Notes: generated from the letters alone by a model not told the origin. A stretch of 61,901 bases of DNA, filler included, from Sphacelaria rigidula (GCA_964200075.2; 11 parts of 11 records of this genome joined end to end with filler, not necessarily neighbours in it), one strand, 5' to 3'. Numbered from the whole stretch's first letter, positions 10,661-24,419 are shown. Made by a program: numbers and translations.

Positions 10661-13600
10661 AAATTTCATGTGGAGGGATTTGGGGGGGCAACCAACATAA
10701 ATGGCCGCGTGTGACGGATTCTGGAAAATAAGGTTGAAGACTTCGATGGAGTTGACGTCGCCTTCCAAAATGTCACATGCCAAGTAAAACACTTTTGCCA
10801 ACACAACTGAGGATTTATTTGTCTGTTGAAACTTGTCCCTTGTGCTTGCCTTGCCTCGCAATGTTGATCCGATCGGATCGCCGAAATTCCCCAAAATTGG
10901 TTTCACACCTAGGACCCCAACATTTCAAAATCACAATTTGTATGACGTGTAGTGCTTGTCAATAGCTAGCTACAGGTAGGTGATATAATGCAACCATATT
11001 TCGAAGATTTGGTGTAGATACAGAGATTTTAATCCTCCGGGTTCTCATCCTCAATTAAAAGCTCCATCCTCAATATCGATGATCGGCTGTTAATAAGCCA
11101 GGGGACAGCAGGCTGGGCGCCCCCCCCCATAGCCTGGTCCGGCGAGAACCCGGCGTGCTCCGTCCCGGCTTTGTNNNNNNNNNNNNNNNNNNNNNNNNNN
11201 NNNNNNNNNNNNNNNNNNTTAATTAATTAANNNNNNNNNNNNNNNNNNNNNNNNNNNNNNNNNNNNNNNNNNNNTTCTTCGTAGTTCGCGTGTAATGCAG
11301 CTGGAGCCGCCTCTCTCCTCTACGCTTGTCGTGGACAAACGTAGGAACCGTGTTCTTCACCCACCGCATAGCGCCTGGCATACGCGAGGTCAGCAGCGAG
11401 CTCTTGCAGGGGAGACACTGCTGTGCTGCTGATGCTGCCGTTCGTGACTGTCACTTTCTACAATTGCGCCGCATTTTTTTTTCAGGAATTTCACGAAAAT
11501 GACCGTTTCATGCCTCAATCGCGCCGCGCTATGACGCGCTGTGATTGGCCGATGACTCTTCAAGTGCAGAACGTGCTCTATGCAGGATTTGGAGAGCTGT
11601 AGCTTCTAGGTGTGACTTCCCCGATTTCAGCGGTGGTTTCGGAATGACCTACAACGTAGCAGAAGCAGAGTTATGGCCGTCTGACGGATTGACAGCGTCT
11701 TGGCCGGCCCAGCTTGTACCACGAAACACCTTCAGGGGCTGTTCGCAGCGAGCTGCTGCCGTCAACGCTTCTGTAATAACCCTTTGACCGCCAAGTAATA
11801 TGATCATGTTGAGCCCAGGTGTAGGCATCGACGAGGACGTTCACGCCTTGGCTCTAGTACGTGAATACCTGCGGAAGGATCAAAAATCCCCCGTGTCAAG
11901 GGATGCACCCTTCGAGCGTCAAGTCCCGCTTAGCAGTGCACTTTTTCCCGACTGACCGTCCCGTGGAATATATAACTTCTTGTAGGAGGATGTTTGTTTG
12001 CGTGATATGACCATGTTTGGTTGTGTGATATGGGGCCCAACTACGATCAACATCATCACATATGGACCCGCGGCACTAAAGAAGGAATCGAGTAGCATTG
12101 TTCGTATTTCTTTGACGTACGTCCAACATCACAATCGCTCGTCGGTCAGCCAGTACCCGTGCAACCTCCGGCTTGTCTGCGGGCACACGATCACCCCTAG
12201 ATTGTAGGCAAATCAAGGCACCTTGCATGTACAACGGACAGTAGACTTTCGCACGATGGGGTGTGGGGTCGGACAATAGACCTCGCCAAAGTGCAGAGGC
12301 CACCCAACTGGCGAAGGCGTGGCGACACCCCACGAAGAAAGCCACAGTCACTGCTTCCAACACGGCTGTACCGTTCCTCAACGGCGCAGGCATGCAGCGC
12401 GTCGTGTTGCCGCCACTCCGGCCAGAACAACGAGCACCAGAAAACAACAAACGGGCGCGGCTAAAGTAACGGGGAAATACTGCTACGATATGCTCTGTGT
12501 GATCTGTAACAACGTACGCGTTTTCCCGACGCCTGGAAGCAAGCGTCGTGGCAAACTCTCACGGTTAGGACGAATCATCACGACTGGGAATCACCAAATC
12601 CACGATCTCTTCGGCCTGATTGCCCAAAAGGGAGGGAAAAGTTGACCGCTGGTCCAAGGTATCCACACAACTTTTGCGCCATTCCACGTGTCTGGGCTGC
12701 GTGCACCTGGGCTGCAGTGCTGAAAACAAAGCCTAGGGATTGATTCGTACGAGTTGAATCACTTATAAACCAAATAATTTCGAGACGAATCATTAGTTGT
12801 CCGACCCTTGCAAACTCTATTCGACGTTCTGCATACCGTGGTCCAACCACAGTCGACGTAAGGAGGACTGGTGCTCAAAGGGTCATGCCGCCACTTGGGA
12901 TCAATCTCGTGCATACATCATCTTCACGCTTCGATGCACTCTTCATTTGACGGAACGATCTGACTACCCCGCTTAATGAAAGTCTGAGTGAGTTGTGGGG
13001 GTGCGTTGGGGTAAACTGCGCCTATGGTGGAACAGGCTGCTAAATGCATTGCAGTGAATAATGCCCTAAACGTCGGTCTGTCGAAACCTGTCGGAACAAA
13101 ACACGTGGGGCTTGCACTAGACGGTTGTCATGTACAGCACATCTGCGCCTGCTCATCAGCTGCGTTGTACTTCACAGTAAATCATGGCGAAATGTCGAAA
13201 TAATCCGATTGAGAAACAAAATAAAACTCACAAGCTTTTCTTTCTATGCGGGAGATACTCTCCTGAAGCTGTCATTTGCTACACGCTGGTCCGCAAGACA
13301 CGCATGGATCTTGCGATAACTTTTGCTGTGTAGTGCCCTCACGTTCGAAATGGGCACGGCCCATGTCGGGATTTTTCTCGCGTGTATTCTTCCATAGAGC
13401 TCGACCTTGCTACCATCGATAGATTTTGGGTAAATAGACAGATCCCCCCCCCCCAGTGCTCAAGTCGGTGTTAGTCGATGTTATCGGGCGATACGACCAG
13501 ATAACCCGTTTGTCAGGAGGGTGTTTTTGACCATGAAACACAGTTTTTTTGGCTCTAGTGTAATAAGTAGGTAGAATTAAAAAAAAAAAAAGCCTCTTCA

Positions 13601-13986
13601 TTTTTTCACAAATACGATCGGGACAGGCCCGATCGACCGAAAATACCTAAGAGTCAAAACCTGAGCTGAAAAGTGGCAGGACCCCCGATGACCGGTGACC
13701 TCGCACGTGACTGAATATTGAGTAAATATGTCTTTTTCTTCTTGGAATGTGGAGCGAATACTAGTATTTTCAGGTCCCCAATGTGATGAGTGGTGGCAAG
13801 CGAAAGAGCCTAAGAAAACGTCAATTTGCAAGAAATCACCAAATTTCCCACTTTGAACGTGGGGTACTGTAGAGATACTGTCGGCACACACGCGTACCTC
13901 TAGACAGAAAACACACTCGGTAGATCCTACGCAGTTGTCGCAGCGCCTGTAGCTATCGGTAGGACGTGCATTGTGTGGACTGGGTC

Positions 13987-14277
13987 CCGCCGATAAAAAA
14001 AATGCAAGACGGTGCCACGGCGCCCCGGTGGTCTAAACAAAAAAAGTAAAAGTGCAGCATTAGGGCGGAAAATGCGGGTTCGATAACCATGACTGTGTTT
14101 AGTATGGCTTTTTTCTGTGAATCATCTGATCCGCCGATAAAAAAAGACGTATAGATGGTACCACGGCGCCGCGGTGGTCTACACTAAGTAAAAGTGCAGC
14201 ATTAGAGCTGAAAATGCGGGTTCGATAACCACCACATGTGTTTAGTATGGCTTTTTTTTCTGTGAATCATCTGATCT
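13987..14277. repeat. Tandem duplication of ~145 bp
   Basis: ccgccgataaaaaaa...ccacggcgcc...gtaaaagtgcagcattag...gtgaatcatctgatc occurs twice, head to tail. Confidence 0.85.
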
Positions 14278-15113
14278 TGGCCTTTGACTTTTAAAGAACT
14301 AGGACATAGGTAGCAAAAGAAAGTTTGGTGTGACGAATGACCAAATTTGTTTGACGACAGTCGACGCGGGTTGGGAGTGCTGGTCATGATCCAATCCACG
14401 GCGCCAAAATGTGAGACGTGTACAATACTGGTGGGAGAGATGAGGTTGATAGATTCCTTGAGATCACGGACTCGTCTCTAGGACATGGAGGGGTTAGGCC
14501 GCTTCTTGCGGCAAGCAAACAAAAAAGTCCTGTAAGAATGTTTTTTTGACCCTTCTCCGACGTGATGGCACAGTCGGCATTGGGAGAACAGTGAACAAAC
14601 AGTGCGCGAGCACAGTTCAGCAGTGCGGTGCTGTACATCACCCCTCAAGTAGAGCGACAACAGACTAGGAGAGTACAGTAGCGTTCGTTACAGTGATACA
14701 TATGGTAGCCCAGCGCAGCATAAAATGTTACCATCGCCGCAGGGTACGGCGTCAACACTTGTCAAACCCCTTGCGAAGAAGTTGCTTCAGCAGCTGGCGC
14801 GGGCAGGCACGCCCTGCGCTGTCACGAGACTGTCTTCTGCTGCCGTTGCAAAAATATCAAACGCCTCGTACCCTACCACCGTACGTCAATGCACGTATGT
14901 CACCTCAAAAAAATCGGGGGGAGTCACGATCTCAGAGCCATTTCTTCCGATTTTTCGAAAAAAAGTCGGGGGAAACCGGTCCGAGATCGTGACGCCCCGA
15001 TGTTTTCGCCACTGATTTGGTTCAAATCGATGTTCATGAAAAGCGTTCCCCGAATCATTTTCTCCCGATGCTTGAAAAAATCGAGATTAGAGACTGCCAT
15101 AAAAGATGGTCGA

Positions 15114-15575
15114 AGACCACTTTGTATGGCAACCAATCCGTACTTGTACAAATATCAGGATTTCAGCCCGTTTAAATCCGCTTTTTTCTCATGGATTTAT
15201 TTTTCGGACCCCAGTCCGTCAAGCAATGTTTTTCGCCTAGCTCTGAGAAAACCAGATCAATTCCCCGACTATCTGGGTGCTGACTATTGGCCCATCACCT
15301 TTCTGCTCAGACCGGGAGACTCCCACATCTCCCCCGATTTGGGCCCCGGATTCGGGGGAGATGCGGGATTCTCCCGGTCTGAGCAGAAAGGTGATGAATA
15401 AAAAGTCAGCATCCAGAGAATCTGAGAATTGATCTGGTTTCCTCAGAGCTAGGCGAAAAACATTGCCAAACGGACAGGGGTCCGAAAGATCAATCCACGC
15501 GAGAAAATCGGATTTAAACGGTCTGAAATCCTCATATTTATACTAAAACGGAGTGGTTGCCGTACAAAGTGGTCT
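15114..15575. mobile_element. ~460-bp foldback (full-length imperfect palindrome), MITE-like
   Basis: agaccactttgta...ctgctcagaccgggaga...tctcccccga|tttgggccccggat|tcgggggaga...tctcccggtctgagcag...tacaaagtggtct; the arms pair almost to the centre at ~15344. Confidence 0.88.
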
Positions 15576-18153
15576 CACGAAAAAACAAGAAAAATGTAGG
15601 GGAGGGAAAATCGGTCTTCACACATACGTCCTGTACATCGTGTCATAATTTCATTGAAAACGACCCAAAAGTAAGCAGAATAATCACGTGTCAATATTCC
15701 CGTTCGCGTCTTCGGCTGCCCAGGCTGTAGCAGGGAAGAAAAAATGGGGGCGATTTCCTCCTTCCCTTGTGTTGCCGAAACACCTCGGCGCTGACTCTCA
15801 GGCCTTCGACAACTCTCGGGTGAGCCTAGCCAGTGGTGCGTGTGCTCGTGGGGTGGGTGGTTAATGCCCAATAATTCTTTGTGGCAGATCATAACCCTGA
15901 ACAGCACCTTTGAACGTCAATGAGTTCATGTGGCGTCGAACCCTTTACCGGCCTTTTTCGCCAGAAGGACATGCGGTGCTCTAGGAATAGTGTTTGACTT
16001 TCTCATAATAGAGGTGGCCTTTGTCCATGATTTATGGCAAACTTTGAGATTTACGTGCGTTATGGAATGTTTGTCAAGACCTGGTTTCTGAAACCAGCTT
16101 TGAATATATTCCTTAAATAAATATCAGGAACTGGTTTCTCGAGCCAGCTATATCTGGATATTTGAAAGAAAAAATGTCAGGGCCCGATATCTGAAAACAG
16201 CTAACTGTTTTTTTCACAATAAATTCAAAGACCTGATTTATGAAGCCACGCAGTATCTCGATGCGCTGTATGGCCATTTCTTCGCAACAGTTTGTTGGCC
16301 CTTTCTGAAGGGAGTCCGTAGTGGTATCACTCAATCGATGCTGTTGTTCGCGGGAGGGGTGTGACATATGTGCAACCGAAGCCCTGGCAAAAGATTCCAT
16401 CGTCGTCACAGGTGACCGGCAGCAAAAGATTCAAGGGTGTGCTGGGTAGGGTAAATACCCCGGTATATACTCTCCCGGATTGCGCTCTGCGATGGTCCGA
16501 TCTCCAACCTCTTCCCACATATGGGGTACTGTAGAGATGAAAGGTACGCTCGCGATGCTCTACCCAATATCTGCGTAATGGCTACGATTCAATCATCTAC
16601 CCCAAGTTCAAGTACATAAAGTACAATTTTTGAAAATACCCAGGGGTAGGAAATACCCCACATAACGCACCCTTGGAAATATTGATTCCTGATGGGGAAA
16701 TGGAGTTAAAGGTTTTCCCATCCGCCGAATTTCTGCTTGTTTCTGTCTCCTCCGTTCCCCGTCCTCCGACGAAGGCCATGACCGGTCTTGTCGGTACGGC
16801 GTGAGGAGGGTNNNNNNNNNNNNNNNNNNNNNNNNNNNNNNNNNNNNNNNNNNNNTTAATTAATTAANNNNNNNNNNNNNNNNNNNNNNNNNNNNNNNNN
16901 NNNNNNNNNNNATTTTAACCCTCCGGGTTCTCATCCTCAATCAAAAGCACCATCCTCAACATAGATGATTGGCTGTTTAATGAAGGCGGAGAGGAATCGG
17001 TCGTTCCACTGGTCATCGCCACAGACGAGAGACGATTATATCAGTCAAGATGCGGCAACCCTTGGCACCCGGGTCTTCTGTGGGGAGCTGTAAGCAAACC
17101 GCCTACCGTTCTTGTGCCGACGATGGCAAACCGAGTATGTGCTGATACTATAACATGATGGCAATCTCTCCAGCGATTGGGAATCGCTGAACGAGGGCAC
17201 ACAAAGAAGACGGGTGTCGAGCTGCCTCTCCACCGTTGCTCATCCGTTGGTATCGTCATCGACATACGTGCACACTGCATTCATTGGGTGCACCTGGCTT
17301 CACTTGCCTGAGTCCAACAGAGACGAAGGATCCGCGAGTGTTTTCGCTTTGCAAAACTGTATCAGGAAAAACGGAACTTCCTGGAAGGCGGCTTCAACCC
17401 CATTTTCAGACTCGACTCCATCGTTTAGGATCCCTTGTTGTAGTAGGATGCTAGCAGTACTGTACATTCCGTACTGCAGTTAGTTGTTGAAATCTGAGTT
17501 AAATCCTCTTGTGTGCAGACAGTGCACAGACGGTGCTGTGCTGTGCTGTCTGTGCTGCACGTTTGTTCAAAGCTTTCATAGTACGAGCCGGGCCAGCCGA
17601 AAAATGAATGTATGCTCTCAGCCACATCTCATCGACAAGGACGAATTGGGCCACGATCCGCATATCTTAGTATTCGCCTTTTCAAGGGAAATATTCCCAC
17701 TTACTCAAACGTCTGGACAACTATATTTTCGTTGATTTTCGTTGATTCAAGGCCATGTCGAGTAGATCCTAGACCATACGGAGATTGGGTCCATACCGTA
17801 GTCTATATGAAACCCCAAACGATACATCCAGCGGAGACGGTTTTCGGTGTGAACGTTCTGTGGAGCAAGAGGAAACGATCGATATCCCCACCATCAACTA
17901 ATAACAACGGATCCTGAAAAATGAGCTTGAATATTGAAATGAAGTTGAAATCGCTTTCGAAAATGTCACATTTTACGTGAAAAACAGTTTACTAGCGCAA
18001 CCACGCATTTTATTCGTCTGTTGAAACTCCCCCTAGCTAACCTTGTCGCACCTGTTGCTGCGGTGTCAGCAACTTTTCAAGTATACCTTTGAAATGGGTC
18101 TCACAAGATGAGGAAAAGCGCTCTGCATTGGATTACCTCATCTTGGAAACAAA

Positions 18154-18660
18154 TGTTGCCGGAGGTTTTTTCGAGTCCTAGGAAAATTCACGAGGGGACG
18201 GGAGCTTCCTATTATCATGTCTATCGCAGGGATCTCTACCGGTCGGGGACACGTTTCACACCAGACTTCGCTGGCCACCTAATTACCGTGACACTTTCAC
18301 TCCGACACGGTCAAACCTACGGTAGAAACCACGCAACACTGGTCAGATCTTGCCTGTCTCAGTCCTGATGCAGAAGTGAAGATGTGCGCAAGCACCTTGC
18401 TCAGCATGTGGGTCGATCCTTGGTGGACGATGGGTGTTGTTAGCAGCGGTCAGCAAATGTGAAGTGCAATACAATAGTCGGGAGACGATTATCAGTTTGC
18501 CTTCAGAATTGGTTTTTGCTTTCGCGTGTTTTCACTCATGTCCCGGTGGGGGACAAAGTCACACGGTATATTTCCCCCAATTCATCATTAGACTGAAGGT
18601 GTAGCCATGATCCAATTGCTCTATAGTCTACTATACAGGGTCATTATCCACCCTGTAACA
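18154..18660 (-). mobile_element. Probable 3' LTR of the Ty3/gypsy element, preceded by a polypurine tract
   Basis: The minus strand reads GCGGGGGGA|TGTTACAGGG at 18660. The candidate distal end ...GGCAACA at 18154 is less certain. Confidence 0.6.
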
Positions 18661-19010
18661 TCCCCCCGCAGTAGATTTTCCAAGTGTTTTACTAGGCATC
18701 ACTTTTCGAGAAGAGACCAGCGCAATCGATCGAAGGCCGTGTGAAATGGAAGGAGGAAACCCCACTCACACCTCTATGGTTGGGAATACGGGATAGAGGC
18801 CCGTTTCGGCTGCACCCAATTTCGGCTGCACCCAGTTTTCGGCTGCACCCAAGGGACCGGGAAACTTTCTCATCTTCGATAGCGTATCCGAGCTTGAGTG
18901 CTCGTTCCCCCTTGCTCAACCCTGCGTTGGGTTCTTCACCTGTGGGCACTCACTCGGGAAGATATGCGTCTGATGGCGTAGATTCAGTGACGGGGTGTGT
19001 TGGGTATCAC

Positions 19011-22000
19011 TTACTTCGAAAATGCTAATTCATGCATTTCCCTCCTGCCGAACTCCAACCACTCACCGTCAGGATATTTCACTCGCCAGTATGGATCAAG
19101 GTAATCATTTACCTCGCCTGTCCCTACTCCTTCGCCTACTCCGTCGTCCGCAGACCGTCTTACCTGTGTTCCTATCGGGTACATGGTCAGCGCCTCTTTC
19201 CTGTCTCTTGTCTGTGTGGGCTCGTCCCTGTTATATTGTGGGTAAGGTCTCACCGACGGGTAACACGTGTCCCATATGGCATGAAACACACCTAGTTGGA
19301 GGGTGAAAAAGCTGTCCAACACTTCCGCTTCCGTCATCCAGTCGGATTCCTGTCCATCCTGGTACCTGCCTTTATACTCCCACACCGTTGGGATAGGTGC
19401 CCTAGTTGTACTGTTCCTATTCGTCAGTGTGTACAGAGGTGGCGCTACTATAGAGATGTCAGCGAGTCTTAGGTCCGGTCCCCATGCTAGCTGGGCGAAC
19501 TCATCCTCCATTGCGTGTCTCAGTTGAGGTCGACGCTGATGGAACGGTGTAAGAGCCGTGGTGGAGACGGTCCTGTGGCGTAGTTTCCTTCCTTGCATTG
19601 ATACCTCTACACTGATCCCCGGAATAGGGGTGGCTGTTACCTCCCACGGACCCGTCCATCTTTCGTGTGTTAGTTTTTGGTGCTGATCATCCCTATGCAA
19701 CGTACTTTCTAGTTCTCGAACTAGTATCAGATCTCCCACTTTAGCGGACGTTCCTGGGGAGTGCCATATTTTCATTTTTGCGTCATGTCTCTGTCTTTTT
19801 TGTTTGTTTGTTCTGCTGTCTTGTTCCCAGGACCCGCTTAACCTGGTCTAGTTTTCGTTTTCTCTGTTCACTGGAGATGCCAGGCCTGTCGCGGAGTCAT
19901 TACTGTCCATCTGTGGTACTAGGATGTCTAGAGTGGTTCTAGGATCACGGCCGAAAAGTATTGGAAACGGAGACATGTTGGAAGGGACGGATGGGTCTTG
20001 AAGTGTACGTGTGATCCAGCATGCTGGATCCACATACTCGTCCCACCTGTCAGGCTATGATTTGCATAGTTCGGATAGTGTGTCATGCATCCAAGCCCCC
20101 GCCCTTTCAACTGCACTCTGACCTCTCGGATGATCTACGGGTCCGTAGTCCAGAGATACCCCGAGCCATCTGCATAGATCCCTTACTACTGTTGCTGCGA
20201 ACTCCCCCCCTTTGTCGCTGCGGATTGATCTGGGCATACCGAATGTTAGACACAGGTTCAACAGGATGCGGACTACCGGTGCTGACTCCTTCGTAGGTGT
20301 GGGATATGCGAAGAGGAACTTCAAAGCTCGGTCGACGATCAGTAGTATGTATCGATGGCCTGATGCGGATGTACGATGCGTATCCTAAAAGTCGATTTCT
20401 AGCACATTCCAGGGAAGCAGAAATCGGCTCGGTAGCATTGCCACTTGTTGAGTTTTTGCTCGTTTCCTGCGTCTGCATCCGCATGAGAGAACGTAGTCAC
20501 GGCAGCCTTTGTTCATACTGTTCCAGTGAAAATGATTTCGTAGCAGGATCGTGGTGTGCGCTACTCCCGTGTGTCCGTAGTGTGCGTGCACAAGTGCTAT
20601 GAGGCCAGGAACAAGCTGTCGTGGAATGGCTACCGTTGGTCTATTCTTATTTCCGGTGTACCACAACAGGCCATGGTCGTCTATGGTGTGGCTATCTGAT
20701 GTAGTTCCTGATGCCTTTTCCGTCTCGTTGTGTAGAGAAGCTCGGATCTGGCTCAGGTAAGGGTTGTTTTTCTGGTTCTCGATTAGGCTAGGTAAATCAG
20801 ATAGAGTATTGAGCGCTCTGTTGATGACTATTGGGCGAGTCGCTTCTGGAGTGGTTGTTCTTGTGTTCCTCGACGATAACAGGACTCGATTCCTGACTGC
20901 TCGACAGTGTCTGCTAGTAGTCTGTGTGGGTTGGGGGATGCTCTGCGGTACGGAAATGGGTTCGTCTGTTATGAAATCCTTGAGTCTGACAGAACGGGTG
21001 CGGGCTCTATTAGATCTGCGTGGTTCATTTTGGACGTCATCATGCAGAGCTGCCACCTTTTCTCGGGCGAATGGCATTTCCGACAGCTGAGTCATCGTTC
21101 CGCTTACTTCCGCTTCATGTGTTTGTGTGTCAGATATCTGGCCCGGTTCTTGCTGTGTGAATTCATTTGTAGGGGAGTCCTTGCTGTCTGTCGGGGCTGT
21201 CATTGACCACAACGCTGTGATGGAAGCAGATCCCACCAATATCCCTATCTCTTCCCCTAGTTGGCTTAAGGGGACTCCACCCAACACCGGTCCTTGCGGG
21301 CCTTTCGTGCACCGGTCGGATTTTAGGGTGGAGTCCGGAAAAGCGTCGTCAGCATCTGTACCTTCTGCGGTGTTGCCAAATAGGCGGGATACAGCATCAG
21401 GGAGTTGGTGGCATGGGCCTGCTCTCCAGCGTAGTGTCATATCGTACTCCATCAATCGTAGGGCCCATCGATGTAATTTGGGTTCGAGATCTCTACTTCT
21501 GAATAACCAGAGGAGTGCGCTGCAATCTGTAACGAGGTCAAATCTCCTACCTGTAATATATGGTCTGAAGTGCCCCGTCGCCCACAATACGGCCATGCAT
21601 TCTCGATGCGTTGCTGCCCTCAGTGAGTCTGTACGCGAGAACCGATGACTAGCGTATGCTATTACCTTCTCGACGCCATCTATCGTTTGGCACAGTGTCG
21701 CGCCAGCCCCCAAAATACTTGCATCGGTGTGTAGGGTGAAGGGGTGTTCCCACGAGGGGTATACTAGAACCGGTGGGGATATGAGTGCCTCCTTCAACTT
21801 CTCGAAAGCTTGTTGCTTTCCGTCGTCCCAAGGGATTTTCAGTTTTCTAGCGCATTTTGCCTGAAAGCGAGGATCGTGTAGGACTTCGGTCAGGGGGGGC
21901 GCGATAATGCTGTAATGGTCGACGAAAGATCGCATGTAACCGGTCATGCCGAGGAAAGCCCGTAGCTCTTCTACCGTGTTCGGGGGTGAGAGTTTACTGA

Positions 22001-22025
22001 CAGCCTCGATTTTGGATGGGGCTCC
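19011..22025 (-). mobile_element. Ty3/gypsy pol fragment: RT thumb, RNase H, long linker, integrase, chromo-like and Tudor-like tail (frameshifted)
   Basis: ELRAFLGMTGY; FTLHTDAS..GAGATL; ECMAVLWATGHFRPY; VTDCSAL; H....H..C.C zinc motif; FGMPRSIRSDKGGEF; HPRGQSAVER; SPFPILFGRDP; WTGPWEV. Confidence 0.93.
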
Positions 22026-22610
22026 TGTTCACTCTCTTGCATACTACGGGTGTACCTGGCTCCCACCATTGAATACCTGAGTGATGCTGCGATCGGGTCT
22101 GCACTTTTGGGGCCAAAACCGGCCTGATTCAGGGGTTCCTAAAATTAGGAACTACACAAGAATATGGGTCAGAATATCCCCGTTTGCAAATTCATTCGGG
22201 ATATCCCTAGCAAATTGGAAGAAAACCCCTGGCGTACTCTCACCTATTACGAAAGTCGTGTTTTGGATTAGATAAAAGGTTCCTAACAATTCTACTCTCA
22301 GGCCGTAAAAGTGCTGACCCTATCGCAGCATCATTCACCTCTCGCTACGCCTAGCACCGCACCTTTATCTAAATCGTAATCCTCGGTAGAACAACAAATT
22401 GTGCGAATTGAGGTTTAACTCCGAGATGAGGTTCAAGCTTAAAATAGTNNNNNNNNNNNNNNNNNNNNNNNNNNNNNNNNNNNNNNNNNNNNTTAATTAA
22501 TTAANNNNNNNNNNNNNNNNNNNNNNNNNNNNNNNNNNNNNNNNNNNNCCCCACACACACACACAAAATAGCAAGAACTACACACTGTCATCTGAAGAGT
22601 GTGCGCATAC

Positions 22611-22706
22611 CTCGCTGTCGTAGATGATGGGGGTGTACGGCTTGAGGTGCTTGGCGGAGGGGTCGGTGTTGTAGTGATCCAACAGCGCCTTGGCCTCGAA
22701 GGGGCC
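22611..22706 (-). CDS. FARSB: Phenylalanine-tRNA ligase beta subunit, internal exon (third of three seen)
   Basis: cag|GPFEAKALLDHYNTDPSAKHLKPYTPIIYDSE|gtatgc; 96 bp, phase 0/0; continues the B3/B4 domain. Confidence 0.9.
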
Positions 22707-23289
22707 CTGTCGGTGACAGGAATCACCATACATGAAGGAAAAAAAAAGAGGCGCAGGACGAGACAGAGACAAAGATAGGGACAGAGAGAGCCAGAGCCAG
22801 AGCCAGAGCCAGTGACAGACAGCGACAGACAGCCGGAAACAAACAGAGCAGAAAACACGCAGCGAAGCGTAATACACAACACTTGAATAAACGCGATCAA
22901 GCAAGCGATCAAGCGATCAAGCAAGCGATCAAGTAAGCAAAACACACAATGAAACGACGGACACGGGAAATAACAAAATAGCACTGCTTTGTGTGTTTAT
23001 ACCTGCTCTACTATGCCGTATCGTTGGTCTTCGTCACTTCTGTAGTCTTCCTTTCTGTTCCCCCCTTAACTTCCTTACTTCTCTGTATGTGTGTGTCCGG
23101 AATAGAAAGGCCGCAACCGGTCCCCGCGTTTTTTTTTCTTCTCAAATGGGTATGTATGAATGCGTGTGCTGTTGCGCAATATCTTTTCCACCCGAAGCCA
23201 TACTGCAGAGGCCAGCTATTTCTAGTTGGGCTTTGGTCTGTTTGTTTTTTCCGAGTCTACCCGTTCTGCCTGTTCCACCTTCCTGTGTT

Positions 23290-23415
23290 CTTCAACTTTT
23301 TCTTTAGCGAGCGTTTCTATTTTGTTTCATGTCGGGTGCGTCTGTCACGTGACCACGCTGGATCCCTGGGGCATCAATGGCTGTACGACAATCAATCAGT
23401 CAGTCAATCAATCGA
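23290..23415 (+). repeat. Dispersed retroposon-like repeat with a T-rich body and (CAAT)n tail; copies at ~26500-26665, ~50300-50502, inverted at ~35955-36260, partial at ~9990-10150
   Basis: Shared gaccac(g)gctggaccc..ggg..tcagttaaagt.c.acaatcaatcaatc end. Confidence 0.7.
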
Positions 23416-23565
23416 TCGATTGTGCATGGAAGCCAAGTGAACAAAAGACGAAAAAATCTTCGGCAGGGGGGCGTATGCAGACACACGCGGACATGCTTTC
23501 ATCACTTTCGCACTGTAAACGTTGCTATGTTCTGCTCTGTGACTTTTTGGTGACGAGTGATGCTA

Positions 23566-23806
23566 CGGTAGGTGTGCACACACACTTTCTGAGGTTAGAA
23601 TTTTTAGGAGCCCTTTATCTCATCCAACACACCACTGACGACATATGTGTGAGTACTCCAGGATTACTCTCCCAATGTGCTAGATATTTTCCGAATGAAG
23701 TTGCAAACGGGGATGCCCTGACCCATATTCTTGTGCAAAATATTCTTTGAATCGTTAGGAGCCCCTCAACTACACAAGATGTCGCGCAAAAAGTGCACCC
23801 CTACCG
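23566..23806. mobile_element. Intronic MITE, Tc1/mariner-like (TA TSD); shorter relative at 26680-26806
   Basis: ta|CGGTAGGTGTGCAC...GTGCACCCCTACCG|ta. Confidence 0.75.
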
Positions 23807-24169
23807 TACCATTGCTCTCGCAAAGCTATGGACCCGTCAGATGTGATCGCTCGAGCGCCCGTCTGCGCATGAACAACCACCCTGTGTGTCAGTCACACTG
23901 TACTTCGTACGCCAGTCATTTGTTATATTACACAAACTAATGTGAATGAGCACCAGGTGTCAATTCAGACAAAAGTGCAACACGCACGAACACAAGCAAT
24001 CGCAAACCTAGGCGCTCCTCGTATATAGCGGGGTTTTTCGAGGGGGGGGGGGGGAGGGAGAGAGATTTCCTTCGCACCACTTGGCTGCCTGCACATCTGT
24101 CATTCCCCAGCGAGTCCATGTGTGCCGCTGAGAACGTTTCCGCCTCGATGTCATTGCATTCCTTTTTTC

Positions 24170-24316
24170 TTCACACCCTGGACAATGACGATAGACAATA
24201 CATGGCAACAGTGTACTGTATAACAGTATCGAAACAATTACACACTAGATTCGACACAGTGAGCAGCACATTTTTTTTTGCCAAATGTAACATATCGTCA
24301 TTGTCCAGGGTGTGAA
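24170..24316. mobile_element. Intronic MITE with 23-bp perfect TIRs; relatives at ~25293-25540 and ~2635
   Basis: TTCACACCCTGGACAATGACGAT...ATCGTCATTGTCCAGGGTGTGAA. Confidence 0.8.
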
Positions 24317-24419
24317 AAATCTTGACTCTTTCACACAGTGAAGATCGCAGAAAAGCTGCATGGTCGAAAGGTAGAAATGGCATCTGTTTTCCCCTGCTTC
24401 GGGAGAATAAGCGACGAAC

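Noticed and set aside
11275..12500. Possible decayed transposase (BED-finger-like W...KVYC...KH on the minus strand)
   Set aside because: Too degenerate to support without a search.
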